A DNA stretch of 64,000 bases, taken from the NCBI GenBank assembly GCA_001938485.1, contig MQRK01177738.1:1-64000 (forward strand). Reading direction: 5' to 3'. Positions 51,537 to 64,000 of this stretch are shown here, one piece after another. The stretch is from Girardia tigrina. Taxonomy: Eukaryota. The notes beneath the pieces are model-generated. The model was not told the DNA's origin, did no database searches, and was given only the letters and a program-made list of their open reading frames with translations. How positions within the stretch are numbered: the stretch's first letter is position 1; each line of letters opens with the position of its first letter. The position numbers and the translations under genes are program-made.

Positions 51537-53849
51537 ATGTTTATCACAATTGAAAATTTCCCATGGATCATTAAACTCTTTCTTTTACAACAAACTTTGA
51601 TTCGCTCAAACATCATAATAAACTATGTGATAGATGAGGAATTACCGGTGTTATATTGTATTGGGAATGTCATTAAGGATTCGAAATTCAACTCTTCTAA
51701 TTTACCAACGAAGATTAACTCTTCACGGTTCGTCATTTATGCCGAAGAGAACATTCGGCATTATTTTACCCTTAATAATAAAACTGGTGACATTTTACAG
51801 TCTCATCGGCTTGACCGAGAATCAGTCTGTGAATCGCATTTATCCAGTGGATCATGTAAGTTTAAATTTTTAGTACTTTTAATGCCAAATTATTGGTTTC
51901 GAATAACAATATCGGTCAGTGACATCAATGACAACATTCCCATGTTTCGACATTCAGAAATTGTTATTGATATTAAAGAATCCGAAAAGCTTTTTTATTC
52001 TGTAGCATTAGAACCGGCTGTTGATAACGACCTAGGACAGTTTTCGGTTCAAAGCTACTTGTTATTGGGAGTGGAGAAGAAGTTCTCGATCAACTACGAC
52101 ATACCTTTATCTCTAAACCTTGTCGTTGTAGACCAACTCGACTACGACAACGAAAGCAGTCGCGTCTATTTCGCGAAATTGATCGCGTGCGACGGCGGAA
52201 ATACGACAAAATGTGGTCAACAAAAACTTAAAATTCAAATCGTTGATGTTAATGATAACCGACCGAAATTTCCGAAATCTGAAGAATCTATTAAAATCTC
52301 AGAATTTACGGTAATAAATTCAGTGATTTATCATGCCAAAGCTGTCGACATCGACTCTAATTCCTTTGGAAAATTAGCATACCGATTTTCATCTGATGTT
52401 AAAGTGTCGAATTCCGTATTTTTCCGTATTAATTCCACGAGCGGAGAAGTAAGTCTCGTCAAATTGTTGGATTCTCGAAATTCGGCTTTTTTAATATTAA
52501 AAATCACAGCTCGCGATGAATCGGGAGTGGGGCCCCATTCCGACGAAATGACCCTGAAAATATACATTCAATCAGAAAATAATCATCATCCGAAAATTTC
52601 TCTCCGGCAATTACCCCATAAAATTGTTCGCGAATTTGCCGTATTGGAAAATTCTCCTTACAATACTTATATCGGTCTAATTATGGTTGAAGACGCTGAT
52701 AAATTTGAAAATGGCCAAGTCGAATGTAAATTAATTCACAATAAAATAGAATATTTTTTTATTCAATTATCAAATAAAATCAAAAAGAAAACATTTTATA
52801 CTCTTAGAACCGCCTTAGAGATTGATTGTGAAAAAACTAACTCGATTTCCGTGACCGTGGAATGTTTCGATTTCGGACGAGAATCGAAATCGTCCACCTT
52901 GACTTTCTTCGTACGAATCCTTGACGTTAATGAATACCCACCGGAGTTTGTTAACCCGAATATCACACAAACCGTCTTGGAAAATTCTCCACCTCGGGTG
53001 TTCATCACGAAAATCTTCTCAAAAGATAAAGATTATTTCAGTAATATTACCTACGAACTTCTTGAAAATAATCTCTTTAAAATAAACCCTTTGACCGGAG
53101 AAATATTCACGTTTCAGCACCTTGACAGAGAAATGTTGGGCGATAATATTAATGTGAGCATAATGATCCATGATAACAATGTAGACAAAAGCCTTTCAGC
53201 AATATCTCAAGTCAAGATAAAAATCCTAGACATTAACGACAATATTCCGATTTTGCTAAATAAAACCCATTATTCTGTGAAAGAAAACACGCATTTACCT
53301 TCCAACTTTTTAATGTCCTTTCGAGGGGCGGATCCGGATTTGGGTGAAAATGGAACAATAATATATGAAATACATTCCATTATTGAATACAAAAGAAACT
53401 CCCCGTTTTTCAATAATAGAACATTCAGAATTCATTCTGTTACCGGTGATCTTTACACTTACCCAACATTTAAATTTGATTATGAAACAGCTCAAAAGTA
53501 TGAATTAAAACTGATTTTGAAGGATGATGGAATTCCCAAACTATCAAGTGAATACAACATTGTAATTGATGTACTTGACTTAAATGATAATGCACCCTTT
53601 TGGATTTTTCCCAATGATATCAATGGCTATCAGATCAATATCAGTGGTCAACCTGACTTGGAGAGACCTTTCTTTAAGTTGCAAGCCCAAGATAATGATA
53701 GCCATACTAATACAAATCTAACTTATAGAATTATATCTACTGACAATCAAAAACGTTCTCTTAAAGAATCCTTCTTCATTTCATCCGAATACGGATATTT
53801 ATATCTGAAAAATCCACTCAATAAAGGCGTATATGAAATAAAGGTTCAG
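51537..53849 (+). CDS. Protocadherin (delta-1-like, 7 EC repeats): large first coding exon
   Basis: 771 uninterrupted codons from ATG 51537 with a signal-peptide-like start; LDRE..C..C in EC1; six DxNDN-type linkers; EC7 is cut at phase-0 donor CAG|GTAATG; TM/cytoplasmic exons not found in the window. Confidence 0.93.
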
Positions 53850-55839
53850 GTAATGTTTTTAAAGATTCCTTATTTTACTATATTTAAGTAACATTATTGA
53901 TGTTGAAATTATCAACAAAAAAATTATCATTACTAAGATGTAAAATCCTTGGGTCTATTGTTCGTTAATTTAAAACTTGTAAAATAGTAATTTATGATGA
54001 TTTTCTTTTTCTTTCACTTATAAAAATTGTATGTTACATTATATTAGAAGTTTATGAAAAAAATAAAGCAATCAACACTAACGAATCTCACGCCCTTATC
54101 CTTAGATATTCTCAATGCGCTGACGACATCAAAAATAATGTTAAAAATCAGATAATTTATTTAAAGCATCTAAAAAATTGTAAGATTTAAAATAATAATT
54201 GTACTTGAACATTATATTTATTTATAATAACATTCATACATTATAAATTATATAATATAAATTGTATAATATAAAATGTTATATATTAAAACTCAGTATC
54301 ACTTATAGTGATAAATTTACTAATTCAAAATTAAATTATTTACTCGATTTTTGTTTAATAATAATTCGTTTCGAGCAAAACAGCTTAGCAGCGGCGTATT
54401 TTTGATAAACGTTTTATCATTATATCCAGGTACCACCACATTTCCACTCACATAAATAAAGAAAACAAAGTTTCAAATTACCCCACAAAATAAATCTCAC
54501 AAACGACAAATTTAACATATCCGTAATAAAAATAATAAATTATTTAAATTCCAAAATTGGTATTGTATACATTTTTATCTGTTAGAATTTCTGATCCGTG
54601 TAAAAAATTCCCTTTTTAAATGAAAGATTTGTTTGATAGAGAAACATAATGGTTTTGTTTTAATAAATCATTTTCGTTATAAATTTTTTGAATTTGCTCT
54701 TATCGATCGAGTTTAATCGATAAATTCTCATTATAACAATGACCGGTTTTCTTGTCTGCCGAATTTTAATTTCAAGTTGAACACGGTACCCGATAATCAA
54801 CACAAACACATAAAACGATCGACCCGTCGATCAAATCAACCGATGATAATACCGGTCACTATCGAACCCGGGACCAGTCAAGTGGAAATATCGTTCGAAA
54901 GATTTGATTGGCCCCATCTTTCAGCTATCATACTCGATAATTATACATTATTATAATTATTAGACAACCAATATTTACCTCTAGCTTATTTGCGTGGTTC
55001 ACACATTATTGACTTCCAAATCTAATAACCTCAACAGATTAGAATTTAGACCCTCAATTCTTTAAAAATCGACAATAACACAAATATCGGATTATAACAG
55101 TTTGAATATTATCCAGAATTCGATCTATTCACTGTAATTTTTAAATTTCGAACCCTTAAACATTCTCTGTTACACTGGTATTCTTCTACAACATGCAGTG
55201 TCATACACAAGTTTCTTATTTATTGGTAATTCTTCTTACTATATTCAAAGACATTTAAGTATTTAGAAAAAAGAATTTTGTTATATTTATTTATTTTTTT
55301 AGACATATAGAAGAGGGTTCAAAAATCGCTTAACACATGTTTTAACTCTCTTACAACAATATTCTTTTCTAAATTCAAGGGGTAATCTGAGATCCAGGAT
55401 CCTTGTAGCAGTGACTTACGTGTCTATCAAAAATAAAACAATTATTTTAAATTATTTAAATATGAAACTCTTATTAATCTCCCAGAGATTATCTGCAACA
55501 TTTTTGTAATATGATCCTAAAAAAGTAACGGATTAATATTTTATGAACTCAAGTTCTTAAATCTGTCAAAGTGTTTCATGTGAAGAAATCAAATTTTAAT
55601 TCGATTTGATAGAAATGGGTGATGCTAGAGTAGATAAAGGAAATATTGGTTTGGTGGTTTAATTTTGTCATTTTATTTCAAAGAAATTGTATAAATTTTA
55701 ATAAGCTATTTATTTATTTGTAAAACGTTTCTATTAATATAAATTTATAATAAAATTATTCATAAAAAATATAAATAAATAATCATTTCAATATGAATAT
55801 AGTACCAGTGAAGTATTTTCAAAAGTCAAATAACGATCA

Positions 55840-57170
55840 TCAAAAATTTACCGTCCTTTTCAGACAAAACCATATATCAGCATTTATATACGAAAACAAT
55901 GTTAATGTCCTCAATATACATTAACTAAATACAACGTTTAAGACGAAGATTGAGTTTTAAGATTGACTTAAGGATCATAAGATCATTTAAATATCAATAC
56001 TTCACGATTCCCCCTCTCACAGTAATTATAAAACCGTAAACACAGAATTTAGAATTACTTATATTAAACTTATCAATTTAAGTACATCTTTCTGTGTTGA
56101 CCAATATTACTATCACTTTCCTTTCGAATACGTACATGTATTTGTTTGCAATAATAAAAAAAACAAATCTCTCAGACATATGAATCATCACACCAGCTAC
56201 ATTTTATATTGATAAACTAAATCGGACCATAATCCAATTGAAGTAATAGATCAAGTATTCTCGTCGCATATCCAAATAGACTTTTTGAATTAAAGAATGA
56301 CAGTTAAAACAAAACCAATTTTATCATAATTATTACTATCTAAATTTTAGAAACCATTTTTATTCACAAAATTCTTCAATTTTTATGTACTTTCGTTACA
56401 TTTAGTGTATGTGCGTAAATGAAAGATATGAAGATCTGAAGAGCAAACTGTCTAAGATATTTATTTTATATTAAGTTTATTTTGTAAAAAAAATATTAAC
56501 TCTGAAAAAGAAAAACATAATTCGAGTACCAATAACGTACTCTGTAAAGGTTCCAAAAGATTTTAATCTTGGTAATATTTTAAACCTTTCAAGACTTTTC
56601 CTTTCAATCTCAATTATTTGTTGCCTCATCTTTAGAATCAAGAAAAGTTTCATTCTAAAATAAATTTTAATTAGAAAGTTTGTTTTTCTTTGTACAAATA
56701 AAACAAATTTTTGTACGATTTTTAGGGTTTATATGTTAAACAAATTTTGAGTAGAGTTTTGTTCGAGGTAAATCTTTTAATTAATTATTAAAAAGACATT
56801 TTACTATTTATCATTTTTCTAATGATGATGTTACTAATATTTGATTATTACACAAAACATTTTTCAATGTGTTATTAAAAATAGTCATTCTGTAACAAAA
56901 TCTTATGCTTCTTGTATTAGTAAAATATATCTTCCTTCAAAGATTTCTTCGATCACAGTTTAAATCTGAAGATTTAAAGATCAAAACCTTCAAGCCATTG
57001 TACACTAACGTATCTTTTATAATGAAATAATCTTCTAGTAAAAAAGATAACATCAATATAGAAAGATAAATATGTAAAAATGCGACTTTTCGATTACAAA
57101 TTAAACGAGGAAACATGTTCAAGTGAACTATAAAACTGAATTTACAGTTTTGAAGAACAATTTGACACAT
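55840..57170 (-). mobile_element. Decayed PLE 3' half (RT end, GIY-YIG, hammerhead 5' half)
   Basis: KVAFLHIYL; LVYQY/CSWCDDSYV*E..SNIGQHRK; GTTTTGT CTGAAAA G GACGG at ~55850-55870 parallels the 36503 ribozyme context. Confidence 0.7.
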
Positions 57171-57203
57171 ATCATTAAAGGAGAGTCACTGAAGCATTAT
57201 TAA

Positions 57204-57285
57204 CCTTCATCCGTCCCTCGGGTCTTTTTCGACCCGAAGTGACTGTACACTTTAGTGTACAGTCGATTTGAGAGACGGATCAAGG
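57204..57285. mobile_element. 82-bp piggyBac-type MITE with two internal hairpins
   Basis: TTAA-CCTTCATCCGTCCCTC ... GAGAGACGGATCAAGG-TTAA. Confidence 0.8.
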
Positions 57286-57444
57286 TTAATAAAGCATTTA
57301 AAACAATTCTTAAATGTTCAAAGCTTAAATGTTCATCCAATCATATTAAAATCTTTTAATATTAATTTCAAAAAATAAAAAAAAGAATAATTGCGTAATA
57401 GTCAATGTGCCATATAAATGACATATAATTTGAAATTTACTTCA

Positions 57445-57479
57445 CAACTGATGATGCCGTAATGGCAAAACATGTTTTG
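57445..57479 (+). ncRNA. Minimal hammerhead of a second family, G12A mutant
   Basis: CAA CTGATGA T GCC GTAAT GGC AAAA CATG TT TTG; stem I CAA/TTG, palindromic CATG loop. Confidence 0.7.
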
Positions 57480-57638
57480 CAAACTAAAAAAACTTTTAAA
57501 ATGGCGTTTGTTCTTTATTTTCTTTATAAATAAATCGCAATAAAATCTAAATGTTATATATTTATATATTTAAAATAAGAATTCGAAGAAGAAATATTAT
57601 TATCATGTTAGGGGTCTTAACTATGAAATAATTTAATC

Positions 57639-58926
57639 TTAGGGTGAACCAAAAGTCTTTTCGTATTTTTTATTAAAAATTTAAACATAATTTTACAACA
57701 AATAAAAAAACATTTAAGTTTCAAAGTAAAAGTCATTTGAATCTATAGCTTGAACCCATCTATGGGCAAGTTGTACGATCCCGCTGCGATACCAATCCTT
57801 GTTCTTAGAAGCGAAGAACTGGTGAGACCCGTTTTCGTTCTCGGCCAGATTATTGAAGCTGCGACCACGAAGAAAGTGTACCATAGAGCGGAAAAGGTAA
57901 TAGTCGGGTGGCGCAAGATCCGGACTATACGCTGGGTGAGGAAGAAGTTCAAAGGCGTCGAGATTTTTATTTTTTCCTTTGTTTGTTTGGCGGTGTGCGG
58001 TTTTGCATTGTCCTGTTGTAGAAGAACTCGCTTTCGATTGATCAAAGCGGGGTATTTCTCGCTAAGTGCCGCATGTAGTCGATCAAGTTGGGCACAGTAA
58101 AGGTCAGCATCGATGATATGACCATTTAAAACCAGCTCAAAGTGAATCACGCCTTCGAAATTCCACCAAACACACAAAAGTGCCTTTCTTGAGAAAAGAC
58201 CTCGTTTCGCTACCGGTTTTGCCATTTGTTCGGCGTCGAACCATTGATTTTGTTGGTCTGCATTACTGCAGTAAACTCACTTTTCATTGCAAGTTACATA
58301 TCGACAGATGAAACGGTCTTTGCGCGGATTTTCAAGCAATTTTTGACAAGTTTTGAAACGCTTTTTGGCTTGAATTTGTGTCAATACATGAGGCACTTCT
58401 CGACATCGTCTATTGACCTTGTCAAGAGCGTGAAGGTGTCGTACAATGAATGTCTGAGGAATATCGAGTTCGGTCGACAATCTGCGAGTACCTATTGACG
58501 AATTTGTCTCGACGACTTCACCAATTGCTCCGGAATCTACGGTGATAGATTGACCTGAACGTGCATTATCTCCGAGGTCAATGTCACCTTCATTGAATCT
58601 TTTGATCCAATTTTGTGCAGTACGATTTGAGACCACATTATCGCCTTCAACTTCGCATATCTTCTTTGTTGCTGCAGTTGCGTTTAAGCCCTGTTTCCAG
58701 TAATGGCGTAAAAGAACAGGAATTTCAAAATTTTCCACTTTTTTTACTAAAAGACCATAAAAATTATATTAACGACTAATTAGAAGTTTTAATAATTATT
58801 GTGATAGAGCAGTTTAAGAGCTTTAAAAATATATAACACATGTATATAAAATATCTTTATTTGATAATAAGAAACAATTGAACAAAAAGACGTAGAAAAT
58901 ACGAAAAGACTTTTGGTTCACCCTAA
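57639..58926 (-). mobile_element. Full-length mariner (DD34D), inactive
   Basis: ~30-bp TIR TTAGGGTGAACCAAAAGTCTTTTCGTATTT at both ends; TCNEK* (D to N, W to stop), QQDNAKPH, frameshift before YSPDLAPPD. Confidence 0.95.
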
Positions 58927-59066
58927 TATTATATATTTCAGTCTAGTAATAATCGTTCCCTATTGTAAATATAACTACGACTTTTATGAATATATATTAA
59001 GACATTTTAATTCTCTTATATTTTTCCAAATATTGTATTCGTAATCTTTATTTTAATTTTGAAAAC

Positions 59067-60110
59067 TATAGGGGCCGGCAAAAATATTTCACTTTTATCA
59101 GTAAGAAAATATCTCAAAATCAAAGTTAAAATTTAATATGTAAATTTTTAAGTTACATCATTAACAAGACTACAAAGTTAAAGATTTAAATTTAAATAAC
59201 TCAAGAAAACTTTAACACGAAAGAACTTTTCGACAACCGAAATCCTTCACTAACTTGCAAAAGTTTTGGAACTGAAAACGTCTTCAGCCTTTGAAGATTA
59301 CTAAACAGTTTGCAAAAGACGAGCAAACACTTTTTGAGCGATAGGATGGTTCAAGAAGACCCAGCATGATCACTGTCGAAGATGTCATAATTGTGAGGAA
59401 ATGATTTTGAATATTGGCACATAGCTGTCATACAATTTCAAGAAACATATGCATGGGAGAAATGAATGTTCGCTGTATATCAAATTAAGAACTTGGAAAG
59501 AAGTCCCTTTCCAGGAAATGTGTCCTTGATATTTAACTGATGATATCAAGAGTTACTTGGTGTCAAAAAATTTTGAATTTTTATTCGGCAAGAAAGGATA
59601 AGGAAATTATCATTCTAATCGAAGAAAAATAAATTTATCTTCAAAACATACCTCCGTAAGAATGCAATCGAATTTAGACTGTACGCACAGGGAATCATCA
59701 AACTGATGCTTCGAGTACAATATCTTATCGCAACTATACAAAATCACTCACGTATTAGAAACTTCTTCACGATGGTTGATCCATCAAGTCAGAGATTTAT
59801 CTAGCATTCCTGCAGAATATGATTTGAAACTTTCAAACTATATTACTTGATTGGAAAATCGTCATTTAGCATGTCAGATCTCAAGTAGCACATTTGATTT
59901 GATTTTTGCTTGAAGAACATCTCATGTCTCTATTAAAACAGTTGAGTCAAGATTGGAGGTCAAACTCATAGATTGGTTCTAAAATTTTACACGTCACTTT
60001 CAGAGTGTCATCGAAGTTAATGGAGACTATTTTTAGACTCTATTATGGTTTGCTAACACTTTTAGTAAAATAAAATCTTCATTGAAAATCAATAACTATT
60101 TCAACTTTTA
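59067..60110 (+). mobile_element. Old decayed mariner-like element
   Basis: TA-GGGGCCGGCAAAAA end; scattered transposase-like words; many stops. Confidence 0.45.
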
Positions 60111-61279
60111 CTAAAAAAATATTAATAACATTAATATTGCAATTATAATTTTACATAATTTTTAATAGAAAAGAGTGAGAAAGTAAAAAAAGGAAAATAA
60201 AAAATATTATCAGTGAAAAATTAAAATGTATATATATGTATATTAAAATTAAACAACGTATAAAAAACTATTTATAAACAAACAATCTTAGCAAATGAAG
60301 AGGATTATTTTCATTTGATTTCCTTTGATAAATGCTCTGAATAAAAGTTGCCCCTAAAAAGATTAAGTTGAAGATATTCCCCAGAAAGAACCGAATGTTA
60401 TGTGATATTTGATTTTTAACAAAGATTAGAGTGAATTCGTGAAGTAATTATATAATTACGGTAGTTACATTAATGATGATATTTTGTATAATATTTTTTG
60501 ACTTTCTTCAAAAATAAAATAGCTCTAATTTATCAATCATTCGCGCCAAATGATTATAATTTTGCTTTTTTAATCATATTTCTCTATATTAAAAATAACT
60601 GTATATATAAGCTAAAATGGAAGTTTGTTATAAAAAATAAGACATTATCATGGATCAAAGGTTGTATATTTGAATCACTGCTAATCAGGCACTATAATAC
60701 TTTCATAGAGAAATGATGGTGAGAGTTGTGAACAAGTAGCTAAAATGGAAAATATTTCTTATCTTCTTTTTTTTCGAAGTCTTTCAACATTGGTATATTG
60801 AATGGATTGGTATAATAAAACGTTTGAAGTATATTTCTGTATGGATAAGACTTCATTGATGGTAATATATTGCGCATCAAGACCAAGATATCATGAAACC
60901 ATTTAGATGATAGAGTGTGGACTTCCACGTTAAAGGAAGTTTTTAATCAATCTATGAAGTATGCTTGTCCTGTGGTAAATTAAGGATTCGAGAATATTCA
61001 TCCGGAGTAATAATGTTCAAAAAGAACTCGTCACTTTATTCGTCAAACAATTCCAAGTTTGTAGTTGTTCATTACTCAGATACCTCTTTCATTTCAGCTG
61101 TAATAAATTTTGTTACAAATCAACAGGACAATCCCAGTGAGCAAATTTTCTAATATATACCAAATTGTTCAATAACTTATTAGTGTTATGTTCCACCACA
61201 TTTAATTTTTTATTTATATAATACATTTACTATCTAGAGCAAGATATAATTGTTTTTATTATTGATACACTATGTAATA

Positions 61280-61620
61280 TGTAACGCTGACAAAAAGACG
61301 GATATTGGAATTTTTTTACTTCACTAATGAAAAAATATCTTACAAAGGATGCTGTAACTCGAAGAATATGGGATGTTTAAGGGAAGAATACAGTGAAGAA
61401 TAAAATAGCTAAATGGTGGCTCCAGTGCTTCAGGCATGGTACATCCAGTTTTGGAAGTAAACCATGCTCAGGGAAACAATAAGTGGTGAATAAAGAAGAT
61501 CTGGGTGTCTTGGTGAAATAGCAGCCAAGTCCATGAACCCACTAACTTCCAGATGAACTCATTCCTTTGAAAAGCTTCATTACTCGTCATCTGTACTGTT
61601 AAGAAACTTGAGACAATTAT
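61280..61620 (+). mobile_element. mariner N-terminal fragment
   Basis: RRIWDV*GKNTVKNKIAKWWLQCFRHG..KPCSG. Confidence 0.7.
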
Positions 61621-61624
61621 CAAT

Positions 61625-62342
61625 AAAATATAATTTATTATCACATTTAGAGTCATCACAACCCTCGGAAGATCGTTCCCCGTTTGAAATCGTTCTAATT
61701 GTGTTTTTAATTTCTATTTTTCATTATGATTATTCGAACAATTTTTCTCAATCTTTTTAAAATATTTAATTTGTAAAAATATTCATTATAAATAATAATT
61801 TAGACCATTTCTTTATAAGAACTCCAAAAAATAAAATGTTAACAAATTTTGAAAAAGGAATTTAAATTGAAATTTTATTAGTTTTATTTATGTCTATTTA
61901 AATGCTTTTCTTTTTTAAAAAATTATTAAACTTGATTTCAATTGTTAATTTTACAAATTTAAACTTATCAAATTATTATCATTTTGTCATTATTATTTTA
62001 ATTATGTTATAATAGTCAATCACTAAAAATACAAAAAATACCAATTTCCATCTGGGTGGGAGAATCACCATTCTAATTTCAACATACTCGAATCAACATA
62101 TACCATTCATACATTTACATATACATACAATTTAGAATGTTCCTCATATGCACAATCTTGGTGTTGTACGCCAAAACCCTTTGCAAATTCCTTAAAATCT
62201 GACTAAGAACCGAGCTTAAAATCGAATAATTCTCTACTGCAAACTCCTCTCTAACCTTTATCAATTTAAAAGTTGGTCTTCTTTTGACACTCAGTGAGCT
62301 ATTCATGTCTTCTAATCTGAGCGCTTTCAAAAGAAGAATCAA
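61625..62342 (-). mobile_element. PLE pLTR/ORF-start fragment
   Basis: VENYSIL..MRNILNC ORF end, CCCACCCAGATGGAAATTG|GTATTT, spacer, CAATTAG-AACG-ATT(61690; mutated ATG). Confidence 0.65.
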
Positions 62343-62399
62343 TCTCTAAGCCAAAAAGCTTGAGCTTGTTCACGTTGCTTTGAGTACCAACAAGGACTC

Positions 62400-62765
62400 A
62401 TTGCTAAATCATGGAAAACAACTTATTTTATATGATAGATATGCAGTCCCAATTTCACGAAAGATGCTGCAAAAAATGCAGTATATAGTTCTGACTTGCA
62501 CTTTGTGATTTTTACCAGTTCCGCTAGTTGCACAATTTTCTTCATGGGTACCAGTCCTCTTGTTTGGAGAAACTACCATTATCGATTTATTTGTCTTAAA
62601 ATCATCTGAATAGTAACATCATAGCATTAAAAAACTTGCACGAAGGTTTCTCCAAGTGATAGAAAATAATGAATGGTAGTTTTAAAAACGAATATTTTTT
62701 ATTTAAATGGTAATAAAATTGAAGTTAGTATCTGTAAAAGCTAATATCTTTTGGGACAACCTAAT
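62400..62765 (-). mobile_element. mariner 5' fragment
   Basis: TIR TTAGGTTGTCCCAAAAG with TA flank, similar to 33309. Confidence 0.55.
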
Positions 62766-63676
62766 ATAGCTAATTGTCTTTTGTGTATTTTGTGTAAAAA
62801 TGGTAAAGTGAATGTACATTAGAAGGAAGGAAAACAAGAAGATAAAATTTTTGATGATGAGGTATCGAATTCAAAGTTAATATTTCAAAGGTTTCGTGTT
62901 ATTGATATTATTATTTTATACTAATTTGTTATAAATGACATAAACAATAAATTTTACAAAAGTTTGTCGGAAAGGAATAATAACAAAAATAAAAATAATA
63001 AAAACAATAATAATAATAATTAATGCAAATCTTAAGGTTTTAATCATACATTTTCTTAAAGAGCAATTTTATTAATAAATTGTAAATGTTGCAAATCTAT
63101 TTTTAAAGAAACAATAAATTAAATTTGTTTCCTTTTTAAATAAACGTTTTCTATTACAACTGCTTTGAAACTGAAACTTGTGACAAAAATTATTTAACAA
63201 TTTCTGAAGAAAAACACTTTTCATAAAAAAAACTTTCTTTTTTGTTTTGAATTCTTTCAATTAATAATACTTCATTAATCACTTCATAATGTTTTCCCAT
63301 TGTACAATCTTCTCAAAGGAATAAAACTATCAGGAAATTCAAAATCTAATAAAAAATATTCAACAAACTCATCCCAGCCAAAACATGTTTGCTTTAGTGA
63401 CTCAAGCTGTTCCGTTTGACTTGAATTTAAATTAATGAAGACTTTCAATAACGAAAATATATTTAATTACATTTTAATTATATAAAAAATAGTTTTAGTT
63501 TCCAAAATATTCAAAATAAAAAACTAACAGAACTAGTCGTAAAAATATTTCATTTTAAATTGAGATTTTTAATAAATGTTTAATGATAAAATAGGAAATT
63601 TGTTAGAAAATAAGGAATAAACTTCAAAAGAAGAAAGAATTTCCTTTGTATATTAAGTTGGCACTAAAGTTTTAAG

Positions 63677-63990
63677 GTCAGGTCAGACAAGCATGACTGC
63701 AATAGGTATCATGTAAACATGTACTACCTGCTCCAAGGTCGGATGATTGACAACTAAACCGACTCCCTCGCCAAGAGTGACCTGGGTAAAGAGAGCGCGT
63801 GGACACCCAACAGGATGAAAACGAATTCGGAAAGGTCGAAAGTGGTCCTTTAGGGTAGACAACCATCCGTGACTGCAGAAAAGATAGGCCCACCAGGTTA
63901 CCAAGCCTTAAAAGTCCTAGGCATAATTGAATACACTAACGGCCCAAAAGCTAAGGTCCCAAAACAGGGTTAGAATCTTCTGATGTTTAA
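63677..63990. mobile_element. GC-elevated island, possibly a non-LTR (RTE-like) 5' UTR
   Basis: Composition shift; GGGTAGACAACCATCCGTG loosely recalls RTE leader motifs; no ORF support. Confidence 0.2.
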
Positions 63991-64000
63991 TTTTCGTCAC

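Noticed and set aside
51634-53495. Short ORFs overlapping the protocadherin exon
   Set aside because: Shadow frames of the real CDS.
51507-53891. ORF-track limits for the protocadherin (TTG start, stop at 53891)
   Set aside because: ATG 51537 gives a better start, and the strong donor at 53850 indicates the tail is intronic read-through.
60700-61160. Possible PLE RT/linker fragment on the minus strand
   Set aside because: Only loose resemblance (SYPYRNI); not supportable without alignment.

Overview
Very AT-rich, repeat-dense metazoan DNA, most consistent with a planarian/flatworm (inferred from composition, innexin sequence style and mariner load). It has five N-gaps. The one clearly intact host gene segment is a large first coding exon of a 7-EC delta-type protocadherin (51537-53849, +). 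The rest is mostly decayed, often nested transposons: mariner DD34D, Tc1 DD34E, DD37E, DD41D, hAT, MULE, piggyBac-type MITEs, Helitrons, Gypsy, and a probable Polinton/Maverick terminus at the window start. Several host-gene relics are also present (SBDS-like, innexin, WD40-like). The strongest cross-window signal is not in the ORF track. About a dozen fragments of a Penelope-like retroelement (PLE) family piece together into one layout: GIY-YIG C-terminus/stop, candidate splice donor, minimal type-I hammerhead ribozyme, AT-rich spacer, TTAG-N4-ATG, then an MSNxESF..C...VLN ORF start. This suggests a ribozyme inside a 5' intron or outron. All calls come from manual reading and motif recognition; no database searches were run, and most TE boundaries are approximate.
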